From positions 1-56,147 of the IMG/VR virus record IMGVR_UViG_3300036760_000361: a stretch of DNA of 56,147 nucleotides; one strand, written 5' to 3'. A model generated the notes under the pieces. It was not told where the DNA came from. It did no database searches and saw nothing but the letters and a program-made list of their open reading frames with translations. A program made the translations under genes and the position numbers. Shown piece after piece: positions 36,762-47,231 of the stretch (positions are counted from its first letter, which is position 1; the number at the start of each line of letters is the position of its first letter). Origin of the DNA: a virus (Duplodnaviria > Caudoviricetes).

Positions 36762-37925
36762 CTACTTTTTAGGAAATACTACATTCCCATCTTTATCAAA
36801 ATAAACAGTTCTACCATTTACGGTACCACGGGATATTGGATTTCCTTGGGTTGAAAGTTTCTCATCCAATACAATTCCTTCTGGTGATTTAGCTGCTAAT
36901 TCATAAACATCATTATGTGTAACTGCTTTCTGTCCAGTGGTAGAACCACCAGATAATTGATAATTCTTAACCCAATCGTAGTTAGTTCCATAATCAGTTT
37001 GTAGTTTAGCTTCTATATCTTCATCACTCATTCCTTCATTTCTAAGGTTTTGCCTCTCACGTTCCATTTGGCTCATTAGTGCGGTATATCTTTTATCATC
37101 CTCTGTTGTACCTTTGCCAGCAATTTTCTGCATTTCTTCGGCAAACTGTTGAGCATGTGTCTCTGGTAATAATTTTGTGATAGCTGCAAATTGTGCTGCT
37201 TGTGCTGCTTCCAATGGATTAGTTACCATCTTTGATGCAAGAGCCAAATTGCTTTCTATTTCTACTTGTGCTGACTTTGCTGCCCTACCAGTTAACCAGC
37301 CCAAGGATATTCTATCTTGTAAATCCTTAACCCTATCCATAAGTTTTTCGTAATCACTTGCAGGAGCTAATCCCTTACCATAATACTTTGTAAGGTCTTC
37401 ATTTGTAAATGTATATCCAGGTATCTTTTCTCCAGCAGGTGGGATATATGTTTTACCAAGTCCAGTTAATGTTTCTGCTGGTATAGTTCCTGGTGTATTT
37501 GCTAATTTTTGTATTTCAGTCTGTCTTTGCTCGGCAGTTGTTGGTAATTGTTCTGCTGATACCCCTGGAACTATCTGCGGTGCTGGTGTCTGTGGTGCTG
37601 ATTCCTTTAATGTTTTTTCAACTGCATCTTTTATTGCTAATTCAGATTTATTTTGAGGCTGAGACCATGAGGTTATGAAGTTTGAAAGGTCATACGGTAA
37701 CCCCTTGGTTGTGGTAGGTTGTGTTGTAGCTGGTTGTGTTGTTGTAGAAGCTACTGGAGCATTTGGTGTATTTACATATTCAGCCCTTAATTTATCATAA
37801 ATATCCTTACTAACCCCTGACAACATCTCCATTCCAGCGTTAAGTGGTGTAGCGGGATTTATTTGATACTTACTTGCATCCCTTAAAAGTTTAACTAAAT
37901 TATCTCCAGTTGGTAATCCAGCCAT
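36762..37925 (-). CDS. Putative ejection / internal virion protein
   Basis: Gln/Ala/Thr-rich, next to the large internal protein. Confidence 0.6.
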   Translation of the reverse strand: MAGLPTGDNLVKLLRDASKYQINPATPLNAGMEMLSGVSKDIYDKLRAEYVNTPNAPVASTTTQPATTQPTTTKGLPYDLSNFITSWSQPQNKSELAIKDAVEKTLKESAPQTPAPQIVPGVSAEQLPTTAEQRQTEIQKLANTPGTIPAETLTGLGKTYIPPAGEKIPGYTFTNEDLTKYYGKGLAPASDYEKLMDRVKDLQDRISLGWLTGRAAKSAQVEIESNLALASKMVTNPLEAAQAAQFAAITKLLPETHAQQFAEEMQKIAGKGTTEDDKRYTALMSQMERERQNLRNEGMSDEDIEAKLQTDYGTNYDWVKNYQLSGGSTTGQKAVTHNDVYELAAKSPEGIVLDEKLSTQGNPISRGTVNGRTVYFDKDGNVVFPKK

Positions 37926-37939
37926 ATCTATACCTCCAT

Positions 37940-39079
37940 TTATTCATTTGCTATTTGGCTTATTACTGCATTAAGTGCAGATAACGCACCAGCTATTTCA
38001 GCCATTAATACGTGTGCTTTAGATTCCAATGCTGCTGTATATATATTAACCTTTGCCTGAAATGCCTCTATATTGACTTTCGCTTTGGCAACATTGGATT
38101 CATACCCAAGTCTATCTGCATTTAATTGGTCTGCACTTCCCTGCTGAATAATAGCATAGGTTTTTGTTAATGCATTAAGCCTTGCGTCCCATGAATTTAT
38201 ATCTGAACCATATATTTTTTCTAATATTTCTTGCTTTCCAAAAATCTTTTTCAAATTAAAATCATTTACTGCAAGTAATTCCTTATGGGCTTCTATATCA
38301 ACCCTTATATTCTCCATTATGGCAGATGCGGTTTCCTTCATCATTTCTATTTTCTTTGTTGTAATACCTAATTGTGCATTTGCTAATTCTAAAGAAAACT
38401 TCATAGTCTTCTCTCTTGTTGTCCTATATAGGTCTGCTCTCTTTATTGATATATCCCTATTTGCATCTGACATTATATCCTGCGATTTATTTAATGCACT
38501 TTCAAGTACTGCAACATAAGCACCTTGTGGAATAGGAATACCATAAGCAGAGAATTTATTCCTAAGCTCATCCAATGCAATATTGGCTGCTATTGATTCC
38601 CTATCCCTGGTTCTTTGCCATAATGCTTCTTCGTCAGCGGGGTCTATACCATATCCACCATTTATTAGGTCACTCAATACTTTATTATTTACCGTATCAA
38701 ACATAATAATTGCCTGAGTTAATCTTTCTGGTATTAAAGATATTGCGTTATATAATGTATGTAAAGCAGTACGAGTATTAGCTAATATTGTTGGCTTAGT
38801 ATATGTATCTGCATTCGGTAAACCACTAAAATCTCCAAGCGTATTGGGTTTTGATGCTGAAGTTGTGGTTTTAGTTATATTTAAAGCCTCAAGCAAATCG
38901 TAGGCTTTAGTACTTACCTTTTCATAACTCCAACTTGATAAACCAGAATCCCAGACCAGTTCATCGGCTATTCCCGTAACACTACTAACTGCACTGTCTA
39001 TACTACCAAGTGCATTATCCTTTGCTTCGTCTGCATACGTTTTCATATTATTTATTAAGGTTTCTACATCTGCTGCCAT
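37940..39079 (-). CDS. Putative internal virion protein (helical)
   Basis: GGYGIDPADEEALWQR.RDR motif; coiled-coil composition. Confidence 0.6.
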   Translation of the reverse strand: MAADVETLINNMKTYADEAKDNALGSIDSAVSSVTGIADELVWDSGLSSWSYEKVSTKAYDLLEALNITKTTTSASKPNTLGDFSGLPNADTYTKPTILANTRTALHTLYNAISLIPERLTQAIIMFDTVNNKVLSDLINGGYGIDPADEEALWQRTRDRESIAANIALDELRNKFSAYGIPIPQGAYVAVLESALNKSQDIMSDANRDISIKRADLYRTTREKTMKFSLELANAQLGITTKKIEMMKETASAIMENIRVDIEAHKELLAVNDFNLKKIFGKQEILEKIYGSDINSWDARLNALTKTYAIIQQGSADQLNADRLGYESNVAKAKVNIEAFQAKVNIYTAALESKAHVLMAEIAGALSALNAVISQIANE

Positions 39080-39081
39080 AA

Positions 39082-41043
39082 TTATCCTCCGATATTAGTT
39101 TTATTTTTACTTGAATAAATACCTATAGCAGATAATCCATCATTTAAATTCTCCAATACTGGAAGTGTCCAATTTGGATGTAATATACCTTCCGTTCCAT
39201 CATCTGTCCAGTTAGTTAATGAAGTTACCTTTAGTGCCATTTTAGGTTCACTACGACCATATATAACATAATGAGTAGCACCTATTACTGCATCCCATGT
39301 TAATTTTACACTTTTATTTTCATCATCAGTTGCTACATCTACTGGAGATGTAGGTAATGTTTGATTAATACAATTAATGGCAGAAACAGAATAGTGATAT
39401 GTTCCAGGTTCCAATTTTCCACCGATTACTGGAATACCAATAAAATTGCTTGGTGGTATTTCTTTATCAAGAGCATATTGGACTATCTCTGTAGTTGTAG
39501 TCTCCTTTTTTGAAATATCTATAATATTTATCGTAAAACTATAGTTTTTCCAGACTTCTTCCTCATCTTGTTTCTGTATATAATAAGAATAAACTATATA
39601 TTTCTCTTTTACATTAAATTGAGTGGAAACACCATACATTCTTATAAATTCATAAGGTTCCGTAGGTGGTGCTACTAAATTATTTTCAAGCCTTCCCGTT
39701 AATAATAATATATCCACTATATCTGCATCTTTGTTTGCTTTATATGAAACATGATAATAGACCTTTCTGTCCGTAGTAAACGATATATCATTTATTGAAT
39801 AAATACAAATAAATTTATCCTCACCAACGTTGTCATAATCAAGTACATTTATACCTTTATCGTTTTCTAAAAAAAACCAGACAACACTTCCATCTCCAGG
39901 GATATGTTGTGTATATTCTGAAAAAAGTTCAGATTCGGGTCTTCCTGGAATATTAAAATATCCTTGACAAGAACCACTTACATACCAACCGTCTACAGGA
40001 GACCATATAACTTTGCGTGTAAATGTATCTGACCAAATTAAATAATCACCAAAGTAAAGTTCTTGTGTTCCAGAGCCTTCCCATCGCATTTTATATAAAT
40101 AGGCTCCTCCTTCATCAGAACAATACCATACAGCACCAGAACTCACCTGACTATACGAGGTATTCATTTTTACATAAATTAAATTATCATTGGTAACGGC
40201 TATAGCATTATATTTGATTCCGTTTCCATCTGTATAACCAGGAGGTGTTTCGTAACCTGGTGGCGTTCCAGCAGTGTCAGTAAGTACAATTTTATTCATG
40301 GAATATTCATATTTATCTGTTCCAACACTATATCTATAGCATCTATTTTGAGTTCTTCTTCCAGTACACCAAGGTGTAGAAGAACTATATAAAAGTGCAC
40401 GTCTATATGGTGATAAATTATGTCCTGTAGGTGGAATCCAATAAGAATCATTAGATGTAGGTTGTCTTATAAGTCCATAATTAGATAAAGCACCATCTTT
40501 ATATCTGCTATCATTTGTGTAACTTCGTGGATTCCATAATATATTAAAATCAACATCATTGGAAACAAAGAAAACATAATCTGATGTTGACGTTGTAACT
40601 CTATTTAATATAATCAAAGAAGAAGTATAAAATGAATCAAATAATGGTATATGGGAATATGCAATAGTGTCTATTGGTATAATATTTACTCCGATTTCAG
40701 GTTCTATTTTTTTGGATATATTAAACATAAATATATTTACAAGTGTATATCTTTCATTATCTACTATTGAATATGGATAACAACTATATAAAATTAATAT
40801 TGGATATGACTTACCAGCTATACTTATCAAATCATATCCCATAATAGATTGTAACATTATCACAACGTCGTTTATATTTATTTTTTTTCTAAAAATTTCT
40901 ACACCAGAAAGTTTCATTATGCGTTTCATTATCGCTAATTGTTTTTTTGCAAACCCCAGATATTCTTCTCCACCATTAATTTGTACCCTTAATTGGGGAT
41001 TTGCAAAATTTTCATATCCAAATAAATCGCTATAATTGTTCAC
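39082..41043 (-). CDS. Tail-associated protein with a C-terminal FN3-like domain
   Basis: Y.YSVSAIN...T.P......V.LTWDAV.GA..Y.IYGR. Confidence 0.6.
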   Translation of the reverse strand: MNNYSDLFGYENFANPQLRVQINGGEEYLGFAKKQLAIMKRIMKLSGVEIFRKKININDVVIMLQSIMGYDLISIAGKSYPILILYSCYPYSIVDNERYTLVNIFMFNISKKIEPEIGVNIIPIDTIAYSHIPLFDSFYTSSLIILNRVTTSTSDYVFFVSNDVDFNILWNPRSYTNDSRYKDGALSNYGLIRQPTSNDSYWIPPTGHNLSPYRRALLYSSSTPWCTGRRTQNRCYRYSVGTDKYEYSMNKIVLTDTAGTPPGYETPPGYTDGNGIKYNAIAVTNDNLIYVKMNTSYSQVSSGAVWYCSDEGGAYLYKMRWEGSGTQELYFGDYLIWSDTFTRKVIWSPVDGWYVSGSCQGYFNIPGRPESELFSEYTQHIPGDGSVVWFFLENDKGINVLDYDNVGEDKFICIYSINDISFTTDRKVYYHVSYKANKDADIVDILLLTGRLENNLVAPPTEPYEFIRMYGVSTQFNVKEKYIVYSYYIQKQDEEEVWKNYSFTINIIDISKKETTTTEIVQYALDKEIPPSNFIGIPVIGGKLEPGTYHYSVSAINCINQTLPTSPVDVATDDENKSVKLTWDAVIGATHYVIYGRSEPKMALKVTSLTNWTDDGTEGILHPNWTLPVLENLNDGLSAIGIYSSKNKTNIGG

Positions 41044-41777
41044 TATACCATCCTGGAAAGTGTTTCTATTATGGCATCTAATGTATCTATTTCTATCTTA
41101 GAGCCAGATTTATTAATTAATTTTATTTTAACATTTCTTCCGATAGCCTTACCTACTTTTCTCCTATATGGATGAAGTTTCCATATATCATCCCTGAATT
41201 GATAACCATATTCCTCATCCTCATTCATAGCAACAAATACTTCATATATACCATCTGATTTCATATTAATTACAATAGAATCTACCCTTTTAAGTTTATC
41301 TACACCTATATCTCCAACATCTATGAACAATACAAATTCTATACTACCAGAATCATCAAGCATACCACCTAACTGGTAAATCTTAGAATTAGTAGCAGCC
41401 AAATACATATCACCAAATTTACACATGCTATTGAAATTATATCCCTCATAGGAACTTATAGCACTATTTTTTACATTCATAACGAATGTATTGAATATCT
41501 TGGTTATTATAAAACTTGCATTAGACCTTACGAGTATAGGAGATAATTCAAATGATACATTAGAATAATTTGTCGTAGAATCATAACTTTTTATTTCAAC
41601 AGTAATCGGTGATAGTGTTATATCTGTACCACAAAGCATACCAGATATTTCAGTTGCTTCAACTGTGACAGGTGATAGTTCTATTTCAGCAGATGCGGAA
41701 TTACCACTGATATTTGTGGAAGTAGAATAAACTACTATTTCATCCAGTGTAAAACTGGCATTTGCAGTAGTACCCAT
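41043..41777 (-). CDS. Tail structural protein
   Basis: VMN.KN.AIS.Y..YNFNS...G.Y.A C-terminal domain. Confidence 0.6.
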   Translation of the reverse strand: MGTTANASFTLDEIVVYSTSTNISGNSASAEIELSPVTVEATEISGMLCGTDITLSPITVEIKSYDSTTNYSNVSFELSPILVRSNASFIITKIFNTFVMNVKNSAISSYEGYNFNSMCKFGDMYLAATNSKIYQLGGMLDDSGSIEFVLFIDVGDIGVDKLKRVDSIVINMKSDGIYEVFVAMNEDEEYGYQFRDDIWKLHPYRRKVGKAIGRNVKIKLINKSGSKIEIDTLDAIIETLSRMV

Positions 41778-41788
41778 TTTTTATAATC

Positions 41789-42664
41789 CTACGAACCTAT
41801 CGGAACCGTTATCGTAAATGTATTACATACCTGAACTGTTCCCTGCGTAATTGAGGTAGATGGTGTCATTACCATGTCTGCCCCAGACATTCCTATGGAA
41901 CCATCTATCCTTTCATCTGTATAACTCAATGCTCCACTATCTCCAGCAGTTCTTAGTCTCCAATATTTTGCTGTACCAGTAGCAATAGCGGTACCAGCCC
42001 ATGTTTCTCCTGTTGACTTTGATAAAACTCCATTTACTGCTTCCCCGAAAGTCAAACCAAGAGTATCAGTTGGATTATTTGAATAATAAGTACAAAGTAA
42101 AGTTCCAGCAGGTTCTAAGTCTGGAGAAGATGGTTGTGTTCCGTCATATATATCCAAGAAACATTTCAACATTACATCCTGTATAGATTTCATCATTGAT
42201 GTACATGACACGCTATCAAATAATGCAGTATAACCATTGTTTGTTGTGTCATTATTTTGTAATGTAATTCTATGTGTGGTATCTGTGGCTATAAAAAATA
42301 CCGCACCACCTTGTCCAAATGCTGTCCATGTTTCATCAGTAACATCACCAGAATCATATACAGAACCCTCATCTGTGGTAATTCCTATCATTAATTTACC
42401 ACTTGCTCCAGTGCCTTTTTTATGATAAGTAACTACCCTATAGATATGACCAACCTTACATGTTATGTTCTGATATGCCTTAGATACAGAAGCACTTGTG
42501 GCAGTTATTTGTAAGCAATTACCACTTTGTCCATTTGCTACTGATGCCAAGGTACCATCAACTGCTGTCCATCCAGTAGTTGAAGAATCAAATCCACCAT
42601 TGGTTACTTTTTCCGTATATATACCAGCTAACCTATTTCTTAATCCCGTAGAAAGTTTTGCCAT
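41789..42664 (-). CDS. Virion protein with an inserted carbohydrate-binding-like domain
   Basis: LSTGLRN...IY.GTQP..P....GTLL...RIDGS.G core interrupted by NGGFD....GW...LFDSVS. Confidence 0.65.
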   Translation of the reverse strand: MAKLSTGLRNRLAGIYTEKVTNGGFDSSTTGWTAVDGTLASVANGQSGNCLQITATSASVSKAYQNITCKVGHIYRVVTYHKKGTGASGKLMIGITTDEGSVYDSGDVTDETWTAFGQGGAVFFIATDTTHRITLQNNDTTNNGYTALFDSVSCTSMMKSIQDVMLKCFLDIYDGTQPSSPDLEPAGTLLCTYYSNNPTDTLGLTFGEAVNGVLSKSTGETWAGTAIATGTAKYWRLRTAGDSGALSYTDERIDGSIGMSGADMVMTPSTSITQGTVQVCNTFTITVPIGS

Positions 42665-42674
42665 TTCATTCCTC

Positions 42675-43925
42675 CTAATTGTATAAAGATACTATATATT
42701 GATTAAATCCCTTATCGCTTCTGAATAAACTTACTCCGCTTGATGAAGCAGGGAATATTATATTCTCCTCTGTTAAATTCCTTAATGTTCCATCATTATA
42801 TCCAATACATATACCTTTCTCTGTTGCAAACATTATAGCATAATCCTGATATTCCTTAAGATAAAGTATTCCCTTTCTATCGCTAATTGATGAACTTGGA
42901 ATTTTTTGAGCAGTACCAAATTTACCACCATATTTCTCTTTTTCAGTAAACATAAATGGTGGATTATCTCCAGATAAGAAATAAATATTTTTATCTGTGG
43001 CTACCCATATACCATCTCGTACTGCTGCGAAAACATTTATTTGTGATTCAAACATCAAATAATTATTTTTAGCTTTAAATAATTCATACGCAAATGGTTC
43101 AGAATACCACACTACATTTCCATCTACCACATATATTCTTCCATTGTAATAATCAATTATATTTCCTACTGGTGGTTTATTCATACCTATGGTAGATAGG
43201 GAAAGTCCAGAACTTAATGTTTTATTTAAAATTGAATATGTAGAATTTATATTTGATATTCTGCCATATTTATATAACGCTTCACCATTTACAGATGAAG
43301 CATATATATCAATATATGAAACACTGTCATCCTCGGATGCTTTAATTCCAGATACAAAAATCCCTTTATTTTTTTCTATGGTTAAAGATACTGGATTGCT
43401 TGCTCCAGACATCTGACCATCATTTCTTATATATACCAATGATACTTGATATGTACCTTCTGGCAATAAACCATTGATTTGTGTAAGATTTGGTTTAGGT
43501 GGAACATCTAATCCCCAAGACCTTGATACCCCATTTTCTATTACACCAGAATCTATTTTATCTGAATAAAATATCTTACCAATCAATGTCAAATATGACA
43601 TGGGAACTGGCCTATTAGTAAGGTCAGTTCTTAATGGGATAACCTCAAAATCGCTGGTTAATTTATTTAGGTTAATTCCTTCACGGAAAAGACAGGTCTT
43701 ACCATCACTCCACAAGGAATGTATGCCATCATGTGCATATTTCTCAACAAAGCCATCTCTCATTACCAATTTATAATTATCAGTAATGTCTAAATTAATA
43801 GCATCAGTGAGAAATGCTTCAGCAATAGCAGTCCTACCTACAAATTGAACATCTACATGGTTATATGTAGGTAGGACATTATTAATACCCTTAAATTTTC
43901 TAATAGATAAGGTCATATATTGCAT
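42675..43925 (-). CDS. Putative tail nozzle / DNA stabilisation protein
   Basis: FKGINN N-terminus, beta-propeller-like YNGRIYV..GNVVWYSEP. Confidence 0.6.
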   Translation of the reverse strand: MQYMTLSIRKFKGINNVLPTYNHVDVQFVGRTAIAEAFLTDAINLDITDNYKLVMRDGFVEKYAHDGIHSLWSDGKTCLFREGINLNKLTSDFEVIPLRTDLTNRPVPMSYLTLIGKIFYSDKIDSGVIENGVSRSWGLDVPPKPNLTQINGLLPEGTYQVSLVYIRNDGQMSGASNPVSLTIEKNKGIFVSGIKASEDDSVSYIDIYASSVNGEALYKYGRISNINSTYSILNKTLSSGLSLSTIGMNKPPVGNIIDYYNGRIYVVDGNVVWYSEPFAYELFKAKNNYLMFESQINVFAAVRDGIWVATDKNIYFLSGDNPPFMFTEKEKYGGKFGTAQKIPSSSISDRKGILYLKEYQDYAIMFATEKGICIGYNDGTLRNLTEENIIFPASSSGVSLFRSDKGFNQYIVSLYN

Positions 43926-43937
43926 GTCTTATCCTTA

Positions 43938-44171
43938 CTATTTTTTTGCTGATTTTTTAGAGGCTTCTTTAAAGGCTATTCCATATTCATCTTCTTGTGA
44001 TTTTATTTCCTTAAGTGCTTCACCAATAATCTTTAGTGCCTCATCTTCTGTTTTAGCTGTATATTTCAAATCCTCTTGACATATAAAATCCCCTTTTGGA
44101 TTTTTCTTTTCTTTTGCTGGAACTATAACTATAAAACTACCATCTGCTGCTTTTTCTATACTTATTCTCAT
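43938..44171 (-). CDS. Hypothetical protein
   Basis: AGGAG RBS. Confidence 0.65.
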   Translation of the reverse strand: MRISIEKAADGSFIVIVPAKEKKNPKGDFICQEDLKYTAKTEDEALKIIGEALKEIKSQEDEYGIAFKEASKKSAKK

Positions 44172-44183
44172 TTATATCTCCTA

Positions 44184-44681
44184 TTATACATTCCTTAATA
44201 CAACTACCTTAAATGTATTATCTGCTGTTGCAGCAGCACCTAATGTAACTGTTATAGCACCATTTCCATCTATTGCAACACTATCTACAAGTTGGTCTTG
44301 ATTGGATGTTGGATAAATTCCAAGAATTTCTCCACCAACCAAGTCTGCATCGTCAGAACTTGAACCAGAAGTTGCATCAGCAAGAACAGTAACGGCAACG
44401 GATTTATACGCTACCTTTGTTTTTTTAACCTTACCTGCACCAATGGTTGTTGTACCAGAATGGTCTATTATTACATCACCGCCCATATCTTGAGCAGCAG
44501 CTACACCAGAAGCGTTTCCTATTAATACTTTTCCATCTGCCAATGTAATATCGGAAGCAGAAGTCTGAACATCAACCGCACCATCTGGTGTTATACTTGA
44601 TATATCTCCAGAGAGAGGAATAGGTTCGCCCTTTGCGTTTAATCTTATATTCCAAAATTTCTTTAATGCATTAAGAGCCAT
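44184..44681 (-). CDS. Virion (decoration or fibre-like) protein
   Basis: Ala/Gly/Asp-rich beta protein; GGAGG RBS. Confidence 0.6.
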   Translation of the reverse strand: MALNALKKFWNIRLNAKGEPIPLSGDISSITPDGAVDVQTSASDITLADGKVLIGNASGVAAAQDMGGDVIIDHSGTTTIGAGKVKKTKVAYKSVAVTVLADATSGSSSDDADLVGGEILGIYPTSNQDQLVDSVAIDGNGAITVTLGAAATADNTFKVVVLRNV

Positions 44682-44683
44682 GT

Positions 44684-45337
44684 CTACCTCCCTCTAAACT
44701 TTAACATCACAGCTATAAGTTTCTTTGTGCCATTGGCAACAGCAGGCAATGGAATAGTACATCCACTTACCTCATCACTATAGGTAAAAGTTGGAAGTGC
44801 TGGTGAGGTTGTTGCGGTAAGAATAGCCTGATTCCATACAAACAAAAGAATCTCGCCTTTCTTTACTGGTTCCGAAAAACCTACAACATCTCCAAATCCC
44901 ACAACTATAGTATCGTAATCAGTGCCAGAATCAACAGCCCATCCAGAACCAACAACTGATGTAACTGATTTAAATGCTTTTTTGCCATTTACGAGAACTC
45001 CAGTTGCTCCTGGAACCAAAACTTCGGTTATTGTTTTGCCGTTATAATCTGTACCTGTTACTGTCAATATACCAGGGGTATCTGCACCACCCACAACTGT
45101 CCTTGTGCATGTAACATTTCTACAAAGACCATCTCCAGGAAGTCCATCATTTGCTACTGTATATGAACCATTCTTCATAGCAGTAGATGTTACATACCTA
45201 TTTGCAACTGCTGTTGCTGGTGCTGCTGGTGCAAATGCACTAAGATAATTTTTAAGTGGTACGTTTTTGATGAACGCTTCACCAGATACCGCATCGAAAG
45301 TTATGAATCTAACTATGTCCCTAAGTTTATTATTCAT
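44684..45337 (-). CDS. Virion structural protein
   Basis: RNVT...TVTGTD.NG.TITE...GKKAFKSVTS motif. Confidence 0.65.
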   Translation of the reverse strand: MNNKLRDIVRFITFDAVSGEAFIKNVPLKNYLSAFAPAAPATAVANRYVTSTAMKNGSYTVANDGLPGDGLCRNVTCTRTVVGGADTPGILTVTGTDYNGKTITEVLVPGATGVLVNGKKAFKSVTSVVGSGWAVDSGTDYDTIVVGFGDVVGFSEPVKKGEILLFVWNQAILTATTSPALPTFTYSDEVSGCTIPLPAVANGTKKLIAVMLKFRGR

Positions 45338-45498
45338 CTTTTTCTCCTATTTATTTATATCTTTCTTAATGTCTTTTACTATTTTTGCAGCGACTTCAAC
45401 TTTCTTTTTATTGCTTCTACCTAACACAATGCCCACAATTATTAAGATAACAACAATACACAAAACAACTATCAATTTAAACATTTATTCTCCTTTAA

Positions 45499-46482
45499 TC
45501 AAAAACCAAATTCCTGTGGTCTCATTATTGAATTTCTTGGATAAAGTCTTCTGTTCATTTCTTGTTTTGCAGAAGTTCTTTTTCCAAATCTTAATTCAAA
45601 TGATGCTTCAAAATCCTTTGCTTTTGTAGAATCTGAAGTTACTACATCTGCCTTTGAGTATGCCAGATGTAAAATCCAATCCACAAGACCCATGTGATAT
45701 TGTTCTGGAATCTCTGGGCTTTTATTTAAATCCTTAATTGTTATATTATGCTTTGGTAAGCGTGAAACATACATCCAAAGAATATCATCTTCCGTGGGTG
45801 TAGTAACTAATCTCAGTCTTCCAGTGTCTTCCAGGTAAGCTACTGGGGTTCCAGTTGCAGATTCCCAATCTACTACATAACCCAATCCTAATTGACTAAT
45901 TATATCATCATCCATAACTATTCCAGTAAGCACTCCAGAATCTAAATCTGGAAGAGATTTTTTAAATAACGGATAATCACAACTATCCAGACGAGACCTT
46001 ATTATGTAAATTAATTTTGGATGTGTTCTGTATGTATGAATTCCAGCAGTAATTGGTATTCTTGTAACGGTTCTTGTAGCTTCAATGGTAGCACTTGTGT
46101 TGTTTTCATCTACTAATGACTCAACAACAGTAATACTTGTATCTGTAACACTGGATATAGTTTTAATTCCATTATTAGATGTAGTGTTGCTTATGGTTAT
46201 TTGGTCATCTGCTTCAAACGTTTCAAGTTCAGATGTACTACCAGCGGATAAAAACCCACCATCAGTTTTACTTATGGTTTTGGTAGTAGCATTAAATGAT
46301 ATATTGTTAATACCAGTTATAGATACAACAGAAGGATAGGCACGTAAAAGATGAGACCTTCTACATGCCTCTGCCTCAGCATCATTGAAGTATAAACATA
46401 ATTCTTGATTAGACCATTTATAGGGTTCTTCAGAATCATCAAGTTGAAATCTTGCGAAATCTAAAATATCTCCTATTGTCAT
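45499..46482 (-). CDS. Putative head-tail adaptor with an inserted beta-domain
   Basis: R..LDD...PY.WS..EL..YFNDA..EACRR...PEIPEQYH.GLVDW....AY.K.D. Confidence 0.7.
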   Translation of the reverse strand: MTIGDILDFARFQLDDSEEPYKWSNQELCLYFNDAEAEACRRSHLLRAYPSVVSITGINNISFNATTKTISKTDGGFLSAGSTSELETFEADDQITISNTTSNNGIKTISSVTDTSITVVESLVDENNTSATIEATRTVTRIPITAGIHTYRTHPKLIYIIRSRLDSCDYPLFKKSLPDLDSGVLTGIVMDDDIISQLGLGYVVDWESATGTPVAYLEDTGRLRLVTTPTEDDILWMYVSRLPKHNITIKDLNKSPEIPEQYHMGLVDWILHLAYSKADVVTSDSTKAKDFEASFELRFGKRTSAKQEMNRRLYPRNSIMRPQEFGF

Positions 46483-46874
46483 TATTTTATTATTCTAAAG
46501 TTGAACCTTGGCACGTCTTTGTATTTAATCTCATCAGTTAATTTATCCTGAATCATTTTTGTTATAATGGCATTTTTTAAAACATGCACTACACTTTCTG
46601 GGATTTCGACTTCAAACCCTCTCCTGATTTGCCATGCATGTCCATTAACTGAAACAAAAACATCTCCAGTATTTTCATCACCTTCCTGCTCTTCAATTAT
46701 AATGGTTACTTTCTTTTCATCTGCTGGATTATATACATCTGCTTCAGGAACAACCTTAGCTACTCCTTCTTTTTCGGACTTTAAGACTTCTCTTACCGCA
46801 CTAACAAAATCCTTTGTTTCTTTTACTTCCTTGTCTTTTACTTCTTCGTCTTTTGTTTCATTTACTTCAAACAT
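46482..46874 (-). CDS. Conserved capsid-adjacent protein
   Basis: VFVSVNG..WQIRRG.EV.IP..V..VL.NA...PRF. Confidence 0.7.
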   Translation of the reverse strand: MFEVNETKDEEVKDKEVKETKDFVSAVREVLKSEKEGVAKVVPEADVYNPADEKKVTIIIEEQEGDENTGDVFVSVNGHAWQIRRGFEVEIPESVVHVLKNAIITKMIQDKLTDEIKYKDVPRFNFRIIK

Positions 46875-46904
46875 TTTTCCTCCGATTTTTTCTGTGAGTT
46901 TTAA

Positions 46905-46924
46905 GGGAGGGAATTAACCCTCCC
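46905..46924 (-). terminator. Intergenic GC hairpin
   Basis: GGGAGGG-AATTAA-CCCTCCC; weak U-tract. Confidence 0.5.
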
Positions 46925-46939
46925 CATATTTTAAATTAA

Positions 46940-47176
46940 TTAGTCCCTTGCTTCACAAGTAGCCGTAGCTGCTGTCATCCTTGTAGCTCTATCAGTACCC
47001 ATAACTGCTATTGCATCATCTACGTGTCCACATATAACCTTCATTAATCCCCATGTAGTTGTACCAACTGGAAGAATATTTCCAAGGTCTTCATTAGCAG
47101 CAATCTGCTCTACGTTAGTGCAAAGAGTATCAACATACTGATTAAACTCTTCCAATATTAAATCGTAATTAACCAT
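46940..47176 (-). CDS. Hypothetical protein downstream of the capsid gene
   Basis: AGGAGG RBS. Confidence 0.7.
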   Translation of the reverse strand: MVNYDLILEEFNQYVDTLCTNVEQIAANEDLGNILPVGTTTWGLMKVICGHVDDAIAVMGTDRATRMTAATATCEARD

Positions 47177-47190
47177 TATTTCCTCCTATG

Positions 47191-47218
47191 AAAAATTAGG
47201 GGTAGTATTACCTACCCC
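47191..47218 (-). terminator. Terminator after the major capsid gene
   Basis: GGGGTAG..CTACCCC hairpin followed by TAATTTTT on the - strand. Confidence 0.7.
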
Positions 47219-47231
47219 GTATTTTTTAATT

